DNA from: an uncultured Acidobacteriota bacterium
GTDB taxonomy: Bacteria; Acidobacteriota; Thermoanaerobaculia; UBA5066; DATFVB01
Assembly: GCA_963813155.1 (NCBI GenBank)
Contig: CAWEYG010000005.1
Coordinates: forward strand, 128,001-192,000
Direction of reading: 5' to 3'
DNA length: 64,000 nt
Shown here: piece by piece, positions 10,218 through 21,505 of the stretch
How positions within the stretch are numbered: position 1 is the stretch's first letter
Layout of the letters: every line of letters starts with the position of its first letter
The notes under the pieces: model-generated
Databases searched by the model: none
What the model was told of the DNA's origin: nothing
What the model saw: only the letters and a program-made list of their open reading frames with translations
Made by a program: the position numbers and the translations under genes

Positions 10218-12689
10218 TCAAAACTCCCAGCTGAGTCCCAGGCGCGCGACCCGGGGAGCGACGGTTTCGACCGCCTCCTGGTAAGCGGGGCCCGTGACGT
10301 CGAAGTTCCGGGTCTTCGTCTGCGAATTCGCGAGGTTGAAGACGTCGAGCCGGGCGGAGAGGGTCCCGGCTCCGGCGCGAAACGATCTTTCGAGCCCGAG
10401 ATCGAACGTCATTACATGCTCCGTGCGGGGGCCGTTGCGAATGTCGATTCCGGCGAGCGTGAGATTTCCCCGTTGCGCGGCGAACACGTAGAACGGCCCC
10501 TGGTTGAGGCCGGTCACGACGACCTTTCGCGCGTATGGGGTCCCGTCGTAATACCGCCCCACGCAGCCGAGGCGAAACCCCGCCGGGAGACGGTAGAGAG
10601 CCCGGGCTTTCGCGATGTAGCCCCGGTCGTAGAAGAGGCGGCCGTCCGCATGAATGAGGGTGTTGGGGTTGTCGAACAGCGTGCCGATCACGCCCTCGTC
10701 GTACTCCTGGGACGTCAATCCCTGGCTCGCCTCGCCGACGATTGCGAACCCGGTGAATGACGCTTCCAGCTGAAGCCTTTCCCGGGCGTCGTTCCATCGC
10801 AGGAGAATCTGCGCCCCCCGATGAAAAGCGCGAAAACCCCGCGGGTTCGTCAGGAAGAAATGGTCGTCGCCGAGGGTCGCGGGATCCTGGTCGTAGACCG
10901 TGATCGTCTGGTCGTCCCCGGTTCCCGGGATTCCGTCCCGTCCGGGGTCGACGTAGGAGACGGGGGTATAGCTCGACGCCGGCACGCCCGTGTTCACGGT
11001 TTCGAGCAGGTTCTTCTCGTAGCTCTGCCGCAGGGTGACGCCGAGCGCGAGGCGGGGTCCCGGCCGCCATTGTCCGAGAAACTCGAATGCGTCCGTGACG
11101 GGCGCCTGCAGATGGGGATCGAGGCTCGTGTTCCGGCCGCCGAAAACCCGGAGCGTCGTTGCGTCTTCCCCCGGCTGGTACTGCGAGTCGCCGTTCGCGT
11201 CGACCCAGGTCGCGACGCGCCCGCTCGGGGCGCGCGGATCGGCGGTCTCGAGCTGCTGCCCGAGCAACTCGTGCGCGTAGCGGGCGTAAGAGCCCTGGAA
11301 CAGGAAGTGCTTGCCGGCGGGAACCGTGATCGCGATTCTCGGAGAGACCGTCGTCCAGCGAACTTCGCCGACGGAGGTCCCCGGAAGCCAGCCGGAAGTG
11401 GATTCGAGCCGTGCTCCCGCGGAAAGCGTGAAGAGATCTCCCGCGCGCGTCTCGGTCTGGACGAACAGCGACAGGTTCCGAACCCGCTGGCGGCTGCGAG
11501 GATCCGGGTCGAACAGGGTAACCTCGGATGGCGAACCGTTCAGGAACTGAAGATTGACGTCGTCGAGAACGCGAAACCGGTTCGACGACGCGTTCTCCTT
11601 CCAGCCGAGCCCGACGCTCGCGGTGACGGACAGCGGAATGTCCTTCCCGAACCACGCGGCGCGCGAGTCGTATTCCCGGAGGCCCGTGAGGTTCATTTCG
11701 TACCGGCTTCGCCTGCCGTCCGCGGCCATCGGCGCGGCGCCCGAGAGGTTTCCCGTGAAGAGCTCAATCCCGCTCTGCAGGGATGCCCCCGAGGGAAGAC
11801 GGTTGTCGACGGAGACCGAGCTGTACCCGAGCCGGCCCTCGATGACGGTCGACGGGCCGATCACGAAGCGGTCGGCCGCGGACACGAAGGTGCCAGATCG
11901 AGTCGAATCGAGCGTCGAGGCGGGCGGTTGCAGGGGGGACGCGTCGAGCGCGGAGTCGTGCTGCTTTTCGAAAATGCCGAACGCTTCGAGAGCGTGGCTT
12001 CCGATCTCGTCGGAAAGAGAGAGAGCCCCGGACGTGTGGTTCCAGCGCTCGGGGTCCGACACGTTCTCGGCGTACCGGACGAGCCGATCCGTCGCAAGGC
12101 TCGCGAAATATCTCGGACCGTCGGACCCGAGCGGTCCCCCCAGGCGCGCCTCTCCCTGGACGTATCGCCCGAAATGCTCGGGAGACGCGATTCCGGCCTC
12201 CCGCTGATCGGCCGTCAATCTCCCGCTCTGGAAGTTGTGGTCCGTGTAGGAGAGATCCGCTCCCGCGTGGAGCTCAGCCTCGCCCCGCCGGGGGACGAGG
12301 GAGACGACGATGCCGGGCGCGGCGATCTGCGCGTCGTGCTCGTCGACGAGATAGCGGACCGGGGCGAAAGCCCGAACGTCGGGATCGACTAGCGGAGCGC
12401 CGCCCGAATAGGGATCCGTCAGGTCGATCGAGCCGATCGTAAACGCGTTCTGCGTCCACGTCGTTCCGAATCCGCCGAAGTGGGACGGCAACATGCTTCG
12501 AAGCCCTCCGACGTCGATGCGGCCGGAGACGACGCCCGCAACCTGGGTCTCGAGAGGAGCCCAGACGTTTTGGGCGCCGGGAAGATCGAAAAAATCGGGA
12601 AATTCCTGCGAGAGCGCGACGGCGGGCGAGAGGAAGACCGCGAGAGTTAGAACCGGAATTGCAGGGTTGTTCCTCACTCGCGGCGGCAT
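10218..12689 (-). CDS. TonB-dependent receptor-like outer-membrane protein (Oar-like)
   Basis: Signal peptide, plug-like segment (IDLTDP), LDVFNLAN, C-terminal [12 protein letters not shown] ending in Phe. Confidence 0.8.
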   Translation of the reverse strand: MPPRVRNNPAIPVLTLAVFLSPAVALSQEFPDFFDLPGAQNVWAPLETQVAGVVSGRIDVGGLRSMLPSHFGGFGTTWTQNAFTIGSIDLTDPYSGGAPLVDPDVRAFAPVRYLVDEHDAQIAAPGIVVSLVPRRGEAELHAGADLSYTDHNFQSGRLTADQREAGIASPEHFGRYVQGEARLGGPLGSDGPRYFASLATDRLVRYAENVSDPERWNHTSGALSLSDEIGSHALEAFGIFEKQHDSALDASPLQPPASTLDSTRSGTFVSAADRFVIGPSTVIEGRLGYSSVSVDNRLPSGASLQSGIELFTGNLSGAAPMAADGRRSRYEMNLTGLREYDSRAAWFGKDIPLSVTASVGLGWKENASSNRFRVLDDVNLQFLNGSPSEVTLFDPDPRSRQRVRNLSLFVQTETRAGDLFTLSAGARLESTSGWLPGTSVGEVRWTTVSPRIAITVPAGKHFLFQGSYARYAHELLGQQLETADPRAPSGRVATWVDANGDSQYQPGEDATTLRVFGGRNTSLDPHLQAPVTDAFEFLGQWRPGPRLALGVTLRQSYEKNLLETVNTGVPASSYTPVSYVDPGRDGIPGTGDDQTITVYDQDPATLGDDHFFLTNPRGFRAFHRGAQILLRWNDARERLQLEASFTGFAIVGEASQGLTSQEYDEGVIGTLFDNPNTLIHADGRLFYDRGYIAKARALYRLPAGFRLGCVGRYYDGTPYARKVVVTGLNQGPFYVFAAQRGNLTLAGIDIRNGPRTEHVMTFDLGLERSFRAGAGTLSARLDVFNLANSQTKTRNFDVTGPAYQEAVETVAPRVARLGLSWEF

Positions 12690-12744
12690 CGTACCACGCG
12701 AATCCTGCCGCTATAATCCCGCAAATGTCTTCGGGTGAGCTCGG

Positions 12745-13890
12745 TTGAACTCGGATCTTTTCAGCGCGTGCGTTTTTTGCGCCTCGTGGCTCCTCGGCGG
12801 AGATCATCCGGCGCCGCCTTCGTTTTCGGCGGAGCTCGCCGCTGCTTACGCGTCGATGCAGCGCCAGAACGTCACCGCGGGAGCGAGCTCGGACGATCGT
12901 TCCGACGTCACGGCGAAGTTCACGGCCGTGGGCCTGCGGGACGCGCGTCCGGCCGCACCCGGGCTCGGCGCCGGCACTCCCGAATCGGAGCTTCGGCTGT
13001 TCGTTTCGTTTCCGAATTCCCACGACGAGGCGGACGAGGGAGCGGGAGCGCCCGGGCGAATCGTCGCGACCGGGGGAGGCCGCTACGAGAATTACAGCTT
13101 TCTCGCTCGCCGCCGGATCACTGCGGCCGACTCCGTCGAGATCGGATTCGAGCAGAGGCGGCACAAGATCACCGATCTCGTCGATCTCGGCGGTTCGAAG
13201 TTTCAGGTTTCCGAAGAGCGCGATCTGATCGCCGAACGAATCGATTATTTCGCGGGAGCTCGCCACCGCTGGAGGGGCCTCGAGCTGGCCGCGGCGTGGA
13301 ATCACGCGACGTTCCAGGGAAAGACGAACACGGCCGAGAGTGTGATCTCCGCGCGCGGCCATCTCGACGGGGGAGTCGTCGAGGTCCGGGGGCGAAAGGG
13401 AGACTGGGGCGCAGCCCTCTCCGCGGAGGCCCTGGCCGGCTCTCTTCCGGTCGCGGCCGAGTTTCAGCCCGATTTCCAGTCGCGGACCCGGGACTCGACG
13501 GCGTGGACGGAGGCGCTCTCGGCGACGTTGTCGCGCGAGGCGGGAAAGTGGGACGGCTTCGTGTCGGTCTTTCTCGACCGTTCGCGCCTCCCTTTCGTCT
13601 CGCTCGCCGTGCTCGGCGCGGAGACGCGGGCCATGGACGCGGGCAGCCGGGTCGACTCGCGCACGCGGGAGTGGGGGTACGAGCTCTCGATTCGCCGGGA
13701 AGTCGCGCCGGGCGTCTGGCCGAGAATCTTTTATCGCGCCGTCCACGGAAATGAGACCGTCGACCTCATCCCGGACGGCGCGGCCGGAAGCGAGCTGCGC
13801 GTCCGCCGCGGCGGCCGTTTTCCGGGAACCCAGTTCGTCGTGGGTCTCGCGGCGCAATTCCAGATCGGCAGATCGGCCGAAGCGAAGTGA
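12745..13890 (+). CDS. Hypothetical protein, probable outer-membrane beta-barrel
   Basis: Long ORF with alternating amphipathic strands (e.g. QFVVGLAAQFQIG); overlaps next gene by GTGA; start uncertain. Confidence 0.55.
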   Translation: MNSDLFSACVFCASWLLGGDHPAPPSFSAELAAAYASMQRQNVTAGASSDDRSDVTAKFTAVGLRDARPAAPGLGAGTPESELRLFVSFPNSHDEADEGAGAPGRIVATGGGRYENYSFLARRRITAADSVEIGFEQRRHKITDLVDLGGSKFQVSEERDLIAERIDYFAGARHRWRGLELAAAWNHATFQGKTNTAESVISARGHLDGGVVEVRGRKGDWGAALSAEALAGSLPVAAEFQPDFQSRTRDSTAWTEALSATLSREAGKWDGFVSVFLDRSRLPFVSLAVLGAETRAMDAGSRVDSRTREWGYELSIRREVAPGVWPRIFYRAVHGNETVDLIPDGAAGSELRVRRGGRFPGTQFVVGLAAQFQIGRSAEAK

Positions 13891-14435
13891 AGATTCTCGC
13901 TTTCGCGGCGGCGCTCGCGGCCGCCGCTGCGGCATCCGCTGCGTCCGGTTCGGGCATCCTGTTGACGGCCGGGGAGAAGATCCAGGGATCCAACCAGGGG
14001 AACGCCCGGTTCGTTTCCGTGGGAGTCTTCTTCGAAAAGCCTGTCTCCCGCGCGTTCGACACGCGGCTCGAAATTCTTCCCGTCCAGGTGTTTCGCGAGC
14101 GGGCGCGCCCCGAAAGGCAAGGCCCCGCGGACCAGGTCGACGTCGTGACTTCGGCGGCCTGCCTCATGGCGCGGTACCGCTGGCGGGAGGGGTCCCGAAC
14201 CTCGTTTTTCGCGGAAGCGGGCGCCGGGCCCTTCTATGCTTACTCGCGGCCCGTGCCCTCCGGCGGGACGAGGGGCAATTTCTTCGACCAGGTCGGCGTC
14301 GGGGCGCGGCGAGGGCGCTGGGCGTATTTTCTCCGCTTCACGCACGTCTCCAATGCGAACATCGGCCCCCAGCGGCACCGGGGGAATCCCGGCCTCTCGT
14401 TCGCGGCCGCCGGAGCGAGCTGGGCGTTCCGCTGA
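13887..14435 (+). CDS. Lipid A 3-O-deacylase (PagL-like) / acyloxyacyl hydrolase
   Basis: Signal peptide; FAEAGAGP, NFFDQVGVG, HVSNANI...NPG (PagL His-x-Ser-Asn motif). Confidence 0.75.
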   Translation: MKILAFAAALAAAAAASAASGSGILLTAGEKIQGSNQGNARFVSVGVFFEKPVSRAFDTRLEILPVQVFRERARPERQGPADQVDVVTSAACLMARYRWREGSRTSFFAEAGAGPFYAYSRPVPSGGTRGNFFDQVGVGARRGRWAYFLRFTHVSNANIGPQRHRGNPGLSFAAAGASWAFR

Positions 14436-14494
14436 CGAAAATCGGAACGACGGGAATTTCGGCCGTTGCGCCGCTGGTTGGATAGAATCCGCGC

Positions 14495-15442
14495 ATGTCC
14501 GCAAAGAAAACCCATTACCGCATCGCGATCATCGGTTCCGGGCCCGCCGGCTGGACGGCGGCGCTCTACGCTTCGCGCGCGGAACTGGAGCCTGTCGTCT
14601 TCGAGGGTCCGCAGCCCGGCGGCCAGCTCACGATCACGACCGAGGTCGAGAATTTTCCGGGGTTCGTTCACGGCATTCAGGGGCCGGAGCTGATGGACGT
14701 CTTCCGGGAACAGGCCAAGCGCTTCGGAACGGAGGTCGTGCAGGAGACGGTCGTCGAGGTCGATTTCTCGCGCCGCCCGTTCCGGCTGAAGCTCGATTCC
14801 GGCGCTTCGGTTTCGGCGGATGCGGTCATCGTCTCCACGGGAGCCTCCGCGAAACTTCTCGGGCTCGAATCGGAGAAATCGCTGATGGGTTACGGAGTCT
14901 CGGCGTGCGCCACGTGCGACGGGTTCTTTTTCAAAGGGAAAGAGGTCGTCGTCGTGGGCGGGGGCGACACGGCGATGGAAGAAGCGACTTTTCTCACGAA
15001 ATTCAGCTCGAAGGTCACGGTCGTTCATCGCCGGGAAGAGTTCCGCGCTTCGCGGATCATGCTCGACCGGGCGCGCCAGAACCCGAAAATCGCCTGGGTC
15101 CTCGACTCGACGGTCGAAGAGATCCTGGGAGAAAAGAATGCTGTGTCGGGCGTCCGCCTTCGCAACGCGAAGACCGGGCAGACGACCGATTACCCCGCGC
15201 AGGGCGTCTTTGTCGCGATCGGTCACGAACCGAACACGGAACTCTTTCGGGGAAAGCTTGCCATGAACGACGTCGGGTACCTGATCGTCGAGAGTCCCTC
15301 GACCCGGACCTCCGTCGAAGGCGTCTTCGCTGCCGGCGACGTCTGCGACCCCACTTACCGACAGGCTGTCTCGGCCGCGGGGGAAGGGTGCAAGGCGGCG
15401 ATCGACGCGGAGCGGTGGCTCGCCCACCAGGGGATCCACTGA
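14495..15442 (+). CDS. trxB: Thioredoxin reductase
   Basis: [48 protein letters not shown]. Confidence 0.97.
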   Translation: MSAKKTHYRIAIIGSGPAGWTAALYASRAELEPVVFEGPQPGGQLTITTEVENFPGFVHGIQGPELMDVFREQAKRFGTEVVQETVVEVDFSRRPFRLKLDSGASVSADAVIVSTGASAKLLGLESEKSLMGYGVSACATCDGFFFKGKEVVVVGGGDTAMEEATFLTKFSSKVTVVHRREEFRASRIMLDRARQNPKIAWVLDSTVEEILGEKNAVSGVRLRNAKTGQTTDYPAQGVFVAIGHEPNTELFRGKLAMNDVGYLIVESPSTRTSVEGVFAAGDVCDPTYRQAVSAAGEGCKAAIDAERWLAHQGIH

Positions 15443-15604
15443 GCGAGCCCGCGGGGGAACCCCCGGGCGAGCCCCCTCAGAGCGCAGATTTCGGTGGGAC
15501 CGTGAGATGGATGGCCGCCCTCTTCGCCGTCATTGCGCTTCTCGCCGCTCTGGCAGGATGGTTGTTGAAGAGATAAAGAGAAGCAAACAAAGTCCTTATT
15601 CTAC

Positions 15605-15660
15605 TTGACAGGCCTGTCGAATCCCGTTAAATTCTAAATCGTACTGATTTGGTCCTGTTT
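15605..15660 (+). promoter_or_regulatory. suf operon promoter with probable Rrf2 operator
   Basis: TTGACA-N17-TAAATT (15605-15633), then imperfect palindrome AAATCGTAC-N7-GTCCTGTTT (15636-15660). Confidence 0.65.
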
Positions 15661-15680
15661 TACGGGACGCGGGAGTCGAG

Positions 15681-16127
15681 ATGATCCGAATGGCGAAACT
15701 GACCGATTACGCGAGCGTGCTGACGACGTATTTCGCCCGCGAGGAGGGGCGCGCCTACACGGCCCGGGACCTCGCGGCCGAAGCCCATCTGCCGCTGCCG
15801 ACCGTGAGCAAGATCCTGAAGTCGCTCGCGAGGGGGGGCATCCTGACGTCTCACCGCGGGCTGAAGGGCGGCTACACGCTCGCCCGCTCCCCCGAACAAA
15901 TCTCCCTGACGGACATCATCGCCGCCATGGAAGGACCGATGACGCTCACCGAATGCGGCGAAGACGTGGGCCACTGCCCCCACCAGTCGCTCTGCCCCAT
16001 CACGGCCAACTGGCAGCGAATCAACTTCGTCCTTCGCCAGGCTCTCTCGACGATCAGCCTGGCGGAGATGACGCACCCGCTTCCCCGGGAGCTGCGCTTC
16101 GGCGGACCGAAGCTGAGGAGCCTCTGA
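15681..16127 (+). CDS. SUF system Fe-S cluster assembly regulator (Rrf2 family)
   Basis: [19 protein letters not shown], three Cys in [16 protein letters not shown]; heads the suf operon. Confidence 0.92.
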   Translation: MIRMAKLTDYASVLTTYFAREEGRAYTARDLAAEAHLPLPTVSKILKSLARGGILTSHRGLKGGYTLARSPEQISLTDIIAAMEGPMTLTECGEDVGHCPHQSLCPITANWQRINFVLRQALSTISLAEMTHPLPRELRFGGPKLRSL

Positions 16128-17575
16128 TGTCTTCCCGTCCCAACGCGATCGAAGAATTCACCTCGAGCGAATACAAGCACGGGTTCGTCACCGATATCGA
16201 GCAGGAGAGCTTTCCGAAGGGCCTCTCCGAGGAGACGGTGCGCCTGATCTCGAAGAAGAAGAACGAGCCCGAATTCCTGCTCGAATGGCGGCTGAAGGCG
16301 TATCGCAAGTGGCTCACCATGAAAGAGCCGGCCTGGGCCAACGTGCACTACCCGCCGATCGACTATCAGGAGATCGTGTATTTCTCGGCGCCGAAGTCTC
16401 CGAAATCGGCCCCGAAGAGCCTCGACGAGGTCGATCCGATTCTTCTCGAAACCTACGAGAAGCTCGGAATTCCCCTGCGGGAGCGGGAGATTCTCGCCGG
16501 CGTGGCGGTCGACGCGGTGTTCGACAGCGTTTCCGTCGCGACGACGTTCAAGGAGAAGCTCGGCGAGCTCGGAATCATCTTCTGTTCCTTCTCCGACGCG
16601 GTGGCGAATCACCCGGACCTGATCCGGAAATACCTCGGCACGGTCGTTCCGTACAGCGACAACTACTTCGCGACCCTGAACTCGGCCGTCTTCTCCGACG
16701 GCTCGTTCGTGTACGTGCCGAAGGGGGTGCGCTGCCCCATGGAGCTCTCGACGTATTTCCGGATCAACGCGAAGAACACCGGCCAGTTCGAGCGAACGCT
16801 CATCATCGCCGACGAAGGTTCGTACGTCTCCTACCTCGAGGGCTGCACGGCCCCGATGCGGGACGAGAACCAGCTCCACGCCGCCGTCGTCGAGCTCGTC
16901 GCTCACGACGATGCCCGGATCAAGTATTCGACCGTGCAGAACTGGTACCCCGGCGACAAGGAAGGCAAGGGCGGCATCTACAATTTCGTCACGAAGCGCG
17001 GCAAGTGCGAAGGCCGGCGGTCGAAGATCTCCTGGACCCAGGTCGAAACGGGCTCGGCGATCACGTGGAAATACCCGAGCTGCATCCTGATGGGGGACGA
17101 CTCGGTGGGCGAGTTCTATTCGGTCGCCGTCGCGAACAACTACCAGCAGGCCGACACCGGAACCAAGATGATCCACATCGGGAAGAACACGAAGAGCACG
17201 ATCATCTCGAAGGGAATCTCGGCCGGCCACGGTCAGAACAGCTACCGGGGAATGGTGAAGATCCTGAAGGGGGCCGACAACGCGCGCAACTATTCGCAGT
17301 GCGACTCTCTCCTGATGGGCGACCGGTGCGGCGCGCACACGTTTCCGTACATCGACGTCGCGAATTCGACCGCGCAGATGGAACACGAGGCGACGACTTC
17401 GAAGATCGGCGAGGACCAGATTTTCTATTTCCAGCAGCGCGGGATCTCGGCCGAGGATGCCGTCTCGATGATCGTCAACGGGTTCTGCAAGGAAGTCTTC
17501 CGCGAGCTGCCGATGGAGTTCGCCGTCGAAGCGCAGAAGCTGCTCGGCGTTTCGCTGGAAGGGAGCGTCGGATGA
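16127..17575 (+). CDS. sufB: Fe-S cluster assembly protein SufB
   Basis: [45 protein letters not shown]. Confidence 0.98.
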   Translation: MSSRPNAIEEFTSSEYKHGFVTDIEQESFPKGLSEETVRLISKKKNEPEFLLEWRLKAYRKWLTMKEPAWANVHYPPIDYQEIVYFSAPKSPKSAPKSLDEVDPILLETYEKLGIPLREREILAGVAVDAVFDSVSVATTFKEKLGELGIIFCSFSDAVANHPDLIRKYLGTVVPYSDNYFATLNSAVFSDGSFVYVPKGVRCPMELSTYFRINAKNTGQFERTLIIADEGSYVSYLEGCTAPMRDENQLHAAVVELVAHDDARIKYSTVQNWYPGDKEGKGGIYNFVTKRGKCEGRRSKISWTQVETGSAITWKYPSCILMGDDSVGEFYSVAVANNYQQADTGTKMIHIGKNTKSTIISKGISAGHGQNSYRGMVKILKGADNARNYSQCDSLLMGDRCGAHTFPYIDVANSTAQMEHEATTSKIGEDQIFYFQQRGISAEDAVSMIVNGFCKEVFRELPMEFAVEAQKLLGVSLEGSVG

Positions 17576-18330
17576 GCCTGCTCGAGATCCAGAATCTCCA
17601 CGTTCGCGTCGGAGAAAACGAAATCCTGCGCGGCCTCGATCTCGCCGTCGAGGCGGGTCAGGTTCACGCGATCATGGGACCGAATGGCTCGGGCAAGTCG
17701 ACGCTCGCGCACGTACTCGCGGGGAAACCGGGGTACGACGTCACGGCGGGGCGCGTGCTCTACCGGGGACAGGACCTGCTCTCGATGAGCCCGGAGATCC
17801 GCGCCCGGGAAGGGATTTTCCTTGCGTTCCAGTATCCCGTCGAAATCCCGGGAGTCTCGAACACCTATTTTCTCAAGGCCGCGGTCAACGCGGTTCGCAA
17901 GCACCGCGGGCTCGAAGAGCTCGACGCGATCGACTTCTTGGCGATGTTGAAGGAGAAGATGAAGGTCATCGAGATCGACCAGGAGCTCGTCAACCGGCCC
18001 GTCAACGAAGGGTTCTCGGGCGGCGAGAAGAAGCGCAACGAAATCTTCCAGATGGCGGTGCTCGATCCGACGCTCGCGATCCTCGACGAGACCGACTCCG
18101 GGCTCGATATCGACGCGCTGCGCGTCGTCGCCCGGGGAGTCAACGCGCTTCGCTCGCCGGAGCGCGCGACCGTGCTCGTCACGCACTACCAGCGCCTCCT
18201 CGACTACGTGGTCCCCGATTTCGTCCACGTTCTCGTCGACGGCCGGATCGTGCGTTCCGGCGCCAAGGAGCTGGCGCTCGAGCTCGAGGAGAAGGGCTAT
18301 GCCTGGCTGGAGGGGGCCGCGGCGCGATGA
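17572..18330 (+). CDS. sufC: Fe-S cluster assembly ATPase SufC
   Basis: [38 protein letters not shown]. Confidence 0.98.
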   Translation: MSLLEIQNLHVRVGENEILRGLDLAVEAGQVHAIMGPNGSGKSTLAHVLAGKPGYDVTAGRVLYRGQDLLSMSPEIRAREGIFLAFQYPVEIPGVSNTYFLKAAVNAVRKHRGLEELDAIDFLAMLKEKMKVIEIDQELVNRPVNEGFSGGEKKRNEIFQMAVLDPTLAILDETDSGLDIDALRVVARGVNALRSPERATVLVTHYQRLLDYVVPDFVHVLVDGRIVRSGAKELALELEEKGYAWLEGAAAR

Positions 18331-19634
18331 TCGCGACGGAGCCCTCCCTGGGGGTTTTCTCGGAGCTCGACGCTCGTCGCGCGGACGATCCAAAGGAAGT
18401 CCGGGAGTTTCGGCGGTCTGCTCGCGAGCGTTTCCAGAAGCGCGGGTGGCCGACCGCCCGCGAAGAAGACTGGCGCAACACGAACGTTTCGCCGATCGCG
18501 TCGCGGGAATTCCGGCCCGGCCCCGCGGCTCCGACGCAGATTCCCGCTTCCCGGATCGATTCGATCGCTCCGAGGACCGCTCCTCGCGCGGTCTTCGTGG
18601 ACGGAAGGTTCGCGGCCGAGCTCTCGACGCTCTCCGCAGAGCTCTCGATTTCGCCGCTGCGCGACGTCCTCGCGAAGGATCCGCAGAAAGTCCTGCCGTG
18701 GCTCTCGCGGCTGTCGGCCTCGAACGACCCGTTTGCGATGCACAACGACGCCTTCCTCGAAGAGGGCGTGGTTCTCGAAACCCCGAAGGGAAGCGTCGTT
18801 CCGCAGCCGATTCATTTCGTCTATTTTTCGACCGGAGAGACTGGACGCCTGTCTGCCGTTCGAAACCTCGTCCTGGCCGGCGAGAGCTCCCGCTTCACCC
18901 TCGTCGAGACTTTTGCCGGCGCCGGATCGGAGCCGACTTTGACGAACGCAATCACGCAGATCGCGGCGGGAGAGAATTCTGCCGTCGAGCACCTCAAGGT
19001 GCAGCGGGAAGGGCCCGGCGGCTTTCACGTCGGGACTCTCTCGGTCGTGCAGGCGCGCGACAGCCGCTTCACGTCTCACCTGTTTTCGACCGGCGCGGCC
19101 CTCGCGCGAAACAACGTTCACGTCGAGCTCGCCGCGGAGGGCGCGGAGTGCTCTTTGAACGGCCTCTTTCTCGCCGGGGGCTCGCAGCACGTCGACAACT
19201 TCACGGTGATCGACCACGCGAAGCCGCACGGGACGAGCCGCGAGCTCTACAAGGGAATTCTCGACGGAGCCTCGCGCGGCGCTTTCACCGGACGGGTCCT
19301 CGTCCGCGCCGGCGCGCAGAAGACCGACGCCCAGCAGTCGAGCAAGAACCTCATCCTCTCCCGCGACGCGCTCGTCAACAGCACTCCGCAGCTGGAGATC
19401 CGGGCCAATGACGTGAAATGCCGGCACGGCGCGACGACCGGGCAATTGGACGAGGACGCGCTCTTCTACCTGCGGTCGCGCGGCATCTCGGAAGACGCCT
19501 CTCGAAATCTGCTCACGTACGCGTTCGCGGCGGAGCTCGTCCAGAGGGTCGCGCACCCGGATCTGCGCAGGGCCGTCGACGCGGTCCTTCACGAGATCCT
19601 GCCGTTCGCGCCGGAGATTCGGGAGATCGCGTGA
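18327..19634 (+). CDS. sufD: Fe-S cluster assembly protein SufD
   Basis: EEDWRNT, PQLEIRANDVKCRHGATTGQLD, LFYLRSRGI. Confidence 0.95.
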   Translation: MIATEPSLGVFSELDARRADDPKEVREFRRSARERFQKRGWPTAREEDWRNTNVSPIASREFRPGPAAPTQIPASRIDSIAPRTAPRAVFVDGRFAAELSTLSAELSISPLRDVLAKDPQKVLPWLSRLSASNDPFAMHNDAFLEEGVVLETPKGSVVPQPIHFVYFSTGETGRLSAVRNLVLAGESSRFTLVETFAGAGSEPTLTNAITQIAAGENSAVEHLKVQREGPGGFHVGTLSVVQARDSRFTSHLFSTGAALARNNVHVELAAEGAECSLNGLFLAGGSQHVDNFTVIDHAKPHGTSRELYKGILDGASRGAFTGRVLVRAGAQKTDAQQSSKNLILSRDALVNSTPQLEIRANDVKCRHGATTGQLDEDALFYLRSRGISEDASRNLLTYAFAAELVQRVAHPDLRRAVDAVLHEILPFAPEIREIA

Positions 19635-20887
19635 GCAGCGTCCGGTCGGCCGAAGCTCCCGCGCAGCCCCTTCTGGACACCCGCAGGATCCGACGTGATT
19701 TTCCGATTCTCGGGCAGAAAATCCACGGACACGACCTCGTGTACCTCGACAACGCGGCGTCGAGCCAGAAACCGACCGACGTCATCGATTCCGAACGGGA
19801 CGTCTACACGCACTACTACTCCAACATCCACCGGGGCGTTCACTGGCTCTCCGAGCAGTCGACGAAAGCCTACGAGGACTCCCGCAAGACAGTCCAGAGA
19901 TTCGTGAACGCCCGCGAATGCCGGGAAATCATTTTCGTCCGGGGCACGACGGAAGGAATCAATCTGGTCGCGCAGACGTACGGCCGCCGGCATGTGGGAT
20001 CGGGAGACGAGGTCCTGATCACGGCGATGGAGCATCACTCCAACATCGTTCCCTGGCAGATGCTCTGCGAAGAAAAGGGCGCCCGGCTCCGGGTGGCCCC
20101 GATCGACGACCGCGGCGACCTGATCGTCGAGGAGTTCGAGCGGCTTCTCGGCGACCGGACGAAGATCGTCGCTCTCTCCCACGTGTCGAACTCCCTCGGA
20201 ACGATCAATCCGGTGCGGGAACTCATCGCCATGGCGCACCGCCGGGGAGTGCCGGTCCTCGTCGACGGAGCGCAGGCGGTTCCACATCTCTCCGTCGACG
20301 TCGTCGAACTCGACTGCGATTTCTACGTCTTTTCGAGCCACAAGGTCTACGGCCCGACCGGCGTCGGCGTCCTGTACGGCAAGGCCGCGCTGCTCGAAGC
20401 CATGCCTCCCTACCAGGGGGGAGGCGACATGATCAGCTCCGTGACGTTCGAGAAGACGACCTACAACGTGCTGCCGTACAAGTTCGAGGCGGGAACGCCG
20501 AACATCGCGGGAGTGATCGGGCTGGGGGCGGCGATCGACTACGTCGAGCGGATCGGGCTCGCGAGGATCGCCGCGCACGAATCGGACCTCCTCGCGTACG
20601 CGACGGAACGCCTCTCCTGCGTGGCGGGACTGCGAATCGTCGGGACCGCCCGGGAGAAGGCCGCCGTGATCTCTTTCGTCCTGGAGGGCATCCATCCTCA
20701 CGACGTGGGCACCGTGCTCGACCAGGAGGGGATCGCCGTGCGCACGGGCCACCACTGCGCGCAGCCGGTGATGGACCGGTTCGGCGTGCCGGCGACCGCC
20801 CGCGCGTCCTTTGCGGTCTACAACACCCGGGACGAAGTGGACGCGCTCGTTTCGGGCCTCGGAAAGGTCCGCGAGGTTCTCGGCTGA
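19631..20887 (+). CDS. sufS: Cysteine desulfurase SufS
   Basis: YLDNAASSQKP, SSHKVYGPTG, FEAGTPNI, RTGHHCAQP. Confidence 0.96.
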   Translation: MSSVRSAEAPAQPLLDTRRIRRDFPILGQKIHGHDLVYLDNAASSQKPTDVIDSERDVYTHYYSNIHRGVHWLSEQSTKAYEDSRKTVQRFVNARECREIIFVRGTTEGINLVAQTYGRRHVGSGDEVLITAMEHHSNIVPWQMLCEEKGARLRVAPIDDRGDLIVEEFERLLGDRTKIVALSHVSNSLGTINPVRELIAMAHRRGVPVLVDGAQAVPHLSVDVVELDCDFYVFSSHKVYGPTGVGVLYGKAALLEAMPPYQGGGDMISSVTFEKTTYNVLPYKFEAGTPNIAGVIGLGAAIDYVERIGLARIAAHESDLLAYATERLSCVAGLRIVGTAREKAAVISFVLEGIHPHDVGTVLDQEGIAVRTGHHCAQPVMDRFGVPATARASFAVYNTRDEVDALVSGLGKVREVLG

Positions 20888-21348
20888 TGTCGGACCTGAA
20901 GGCCCTCTACCAGGAGGTCATCCTCGACCACAACCGGAACCCCCGCAACTTCGGAAAGCTCGAGAGCGCGAACCACCGGGCAGACGGGCACAATCCCCTC
21001 TGCGGCGACCGCCTGACGGTCTACGCCGACCTCGAAGGAGACCGCATCGCGGACCTCCGATTCGAAGGCTCGGGGTGCGCGATCTCCAAGGCGTCCGCGT
21101 CGATCATGACGACCGAGCTCAAACAGAAATCGACGGCCGAGGCGAACGCGATCTTCGAGAAATTCCACCGCATGGTGACGGGCGAAATCCCGGAGTCGGA
21201 GGTGGAGTCGCTCGGCAAACTCGCGGCGTTTTCCGGGGTTCGCGAATTTCCGGTGCGGGTGAAGTGTGCCAGCCTGCCGTGGCACACGCTGCAGGCGGCG
21301 CTCCGATCTTCGTCGTCGGCCCCCGAGCCGGTTTCGACCGAAGAATAA
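20887..21348 (+). CDS. sufU: SUF system NifU/SufU family protein
   Basis: LYQEVILDH, NPLCGD, GCAISKASAS, RVKCASLPW. Confidence 0.95.
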   Translation: MSDLKALYQEVILDHNRNPRNFGKLESANHRADGHNPLCGDRLTVYADLEGDRIADLRFEGSGCAISKASASIMTTELKQKSTAEANAIFEKFHRMVTGEIPESEVESLGKLAAFSGVREFPVRVKCASLPWHTLQAALRSSSSAPEPVSTEE

Positions 21349-21352
21349 TCCC

Positions 21353-21475
21353 TCAGAGCCTCTCGAGAAGCCTCCACGCGACCATCGCGAAGGTGAAGGC
21401 TCCGACGGCCATCGTGAGCACGAAGAGACAGCCCGACATGGCGGCGCCGATCTCGGGGTTCATCGTCCGTCCCAT
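21353..21475 (-). CDS. Putative small single-TM protein (40 aa)
   Basis: MGRTMNPEIGAAMSGCLFVLTMAVGAFTFAMVAWRLLERL*, downstream of and co-oriented with the ABC permease; too short for the ORF track. Confidence 0.35.
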   Translation of the reverse strand: MGRTMNPEIGAAMSGCLFVLTMAVGAFTFAMVAWRLLERL

Positions 21476-21505
21476 TGAAAGTCGGCTCTCGCGGGATGCA
21501 TTTCG

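Noticed and set aside
15681-21348. SUF operon close to iscS as a novel Fe-S system
   Set aside because: Standard Rrf2-sufBCDSU organisation; a stand-alone IscS alongside SUF is common.
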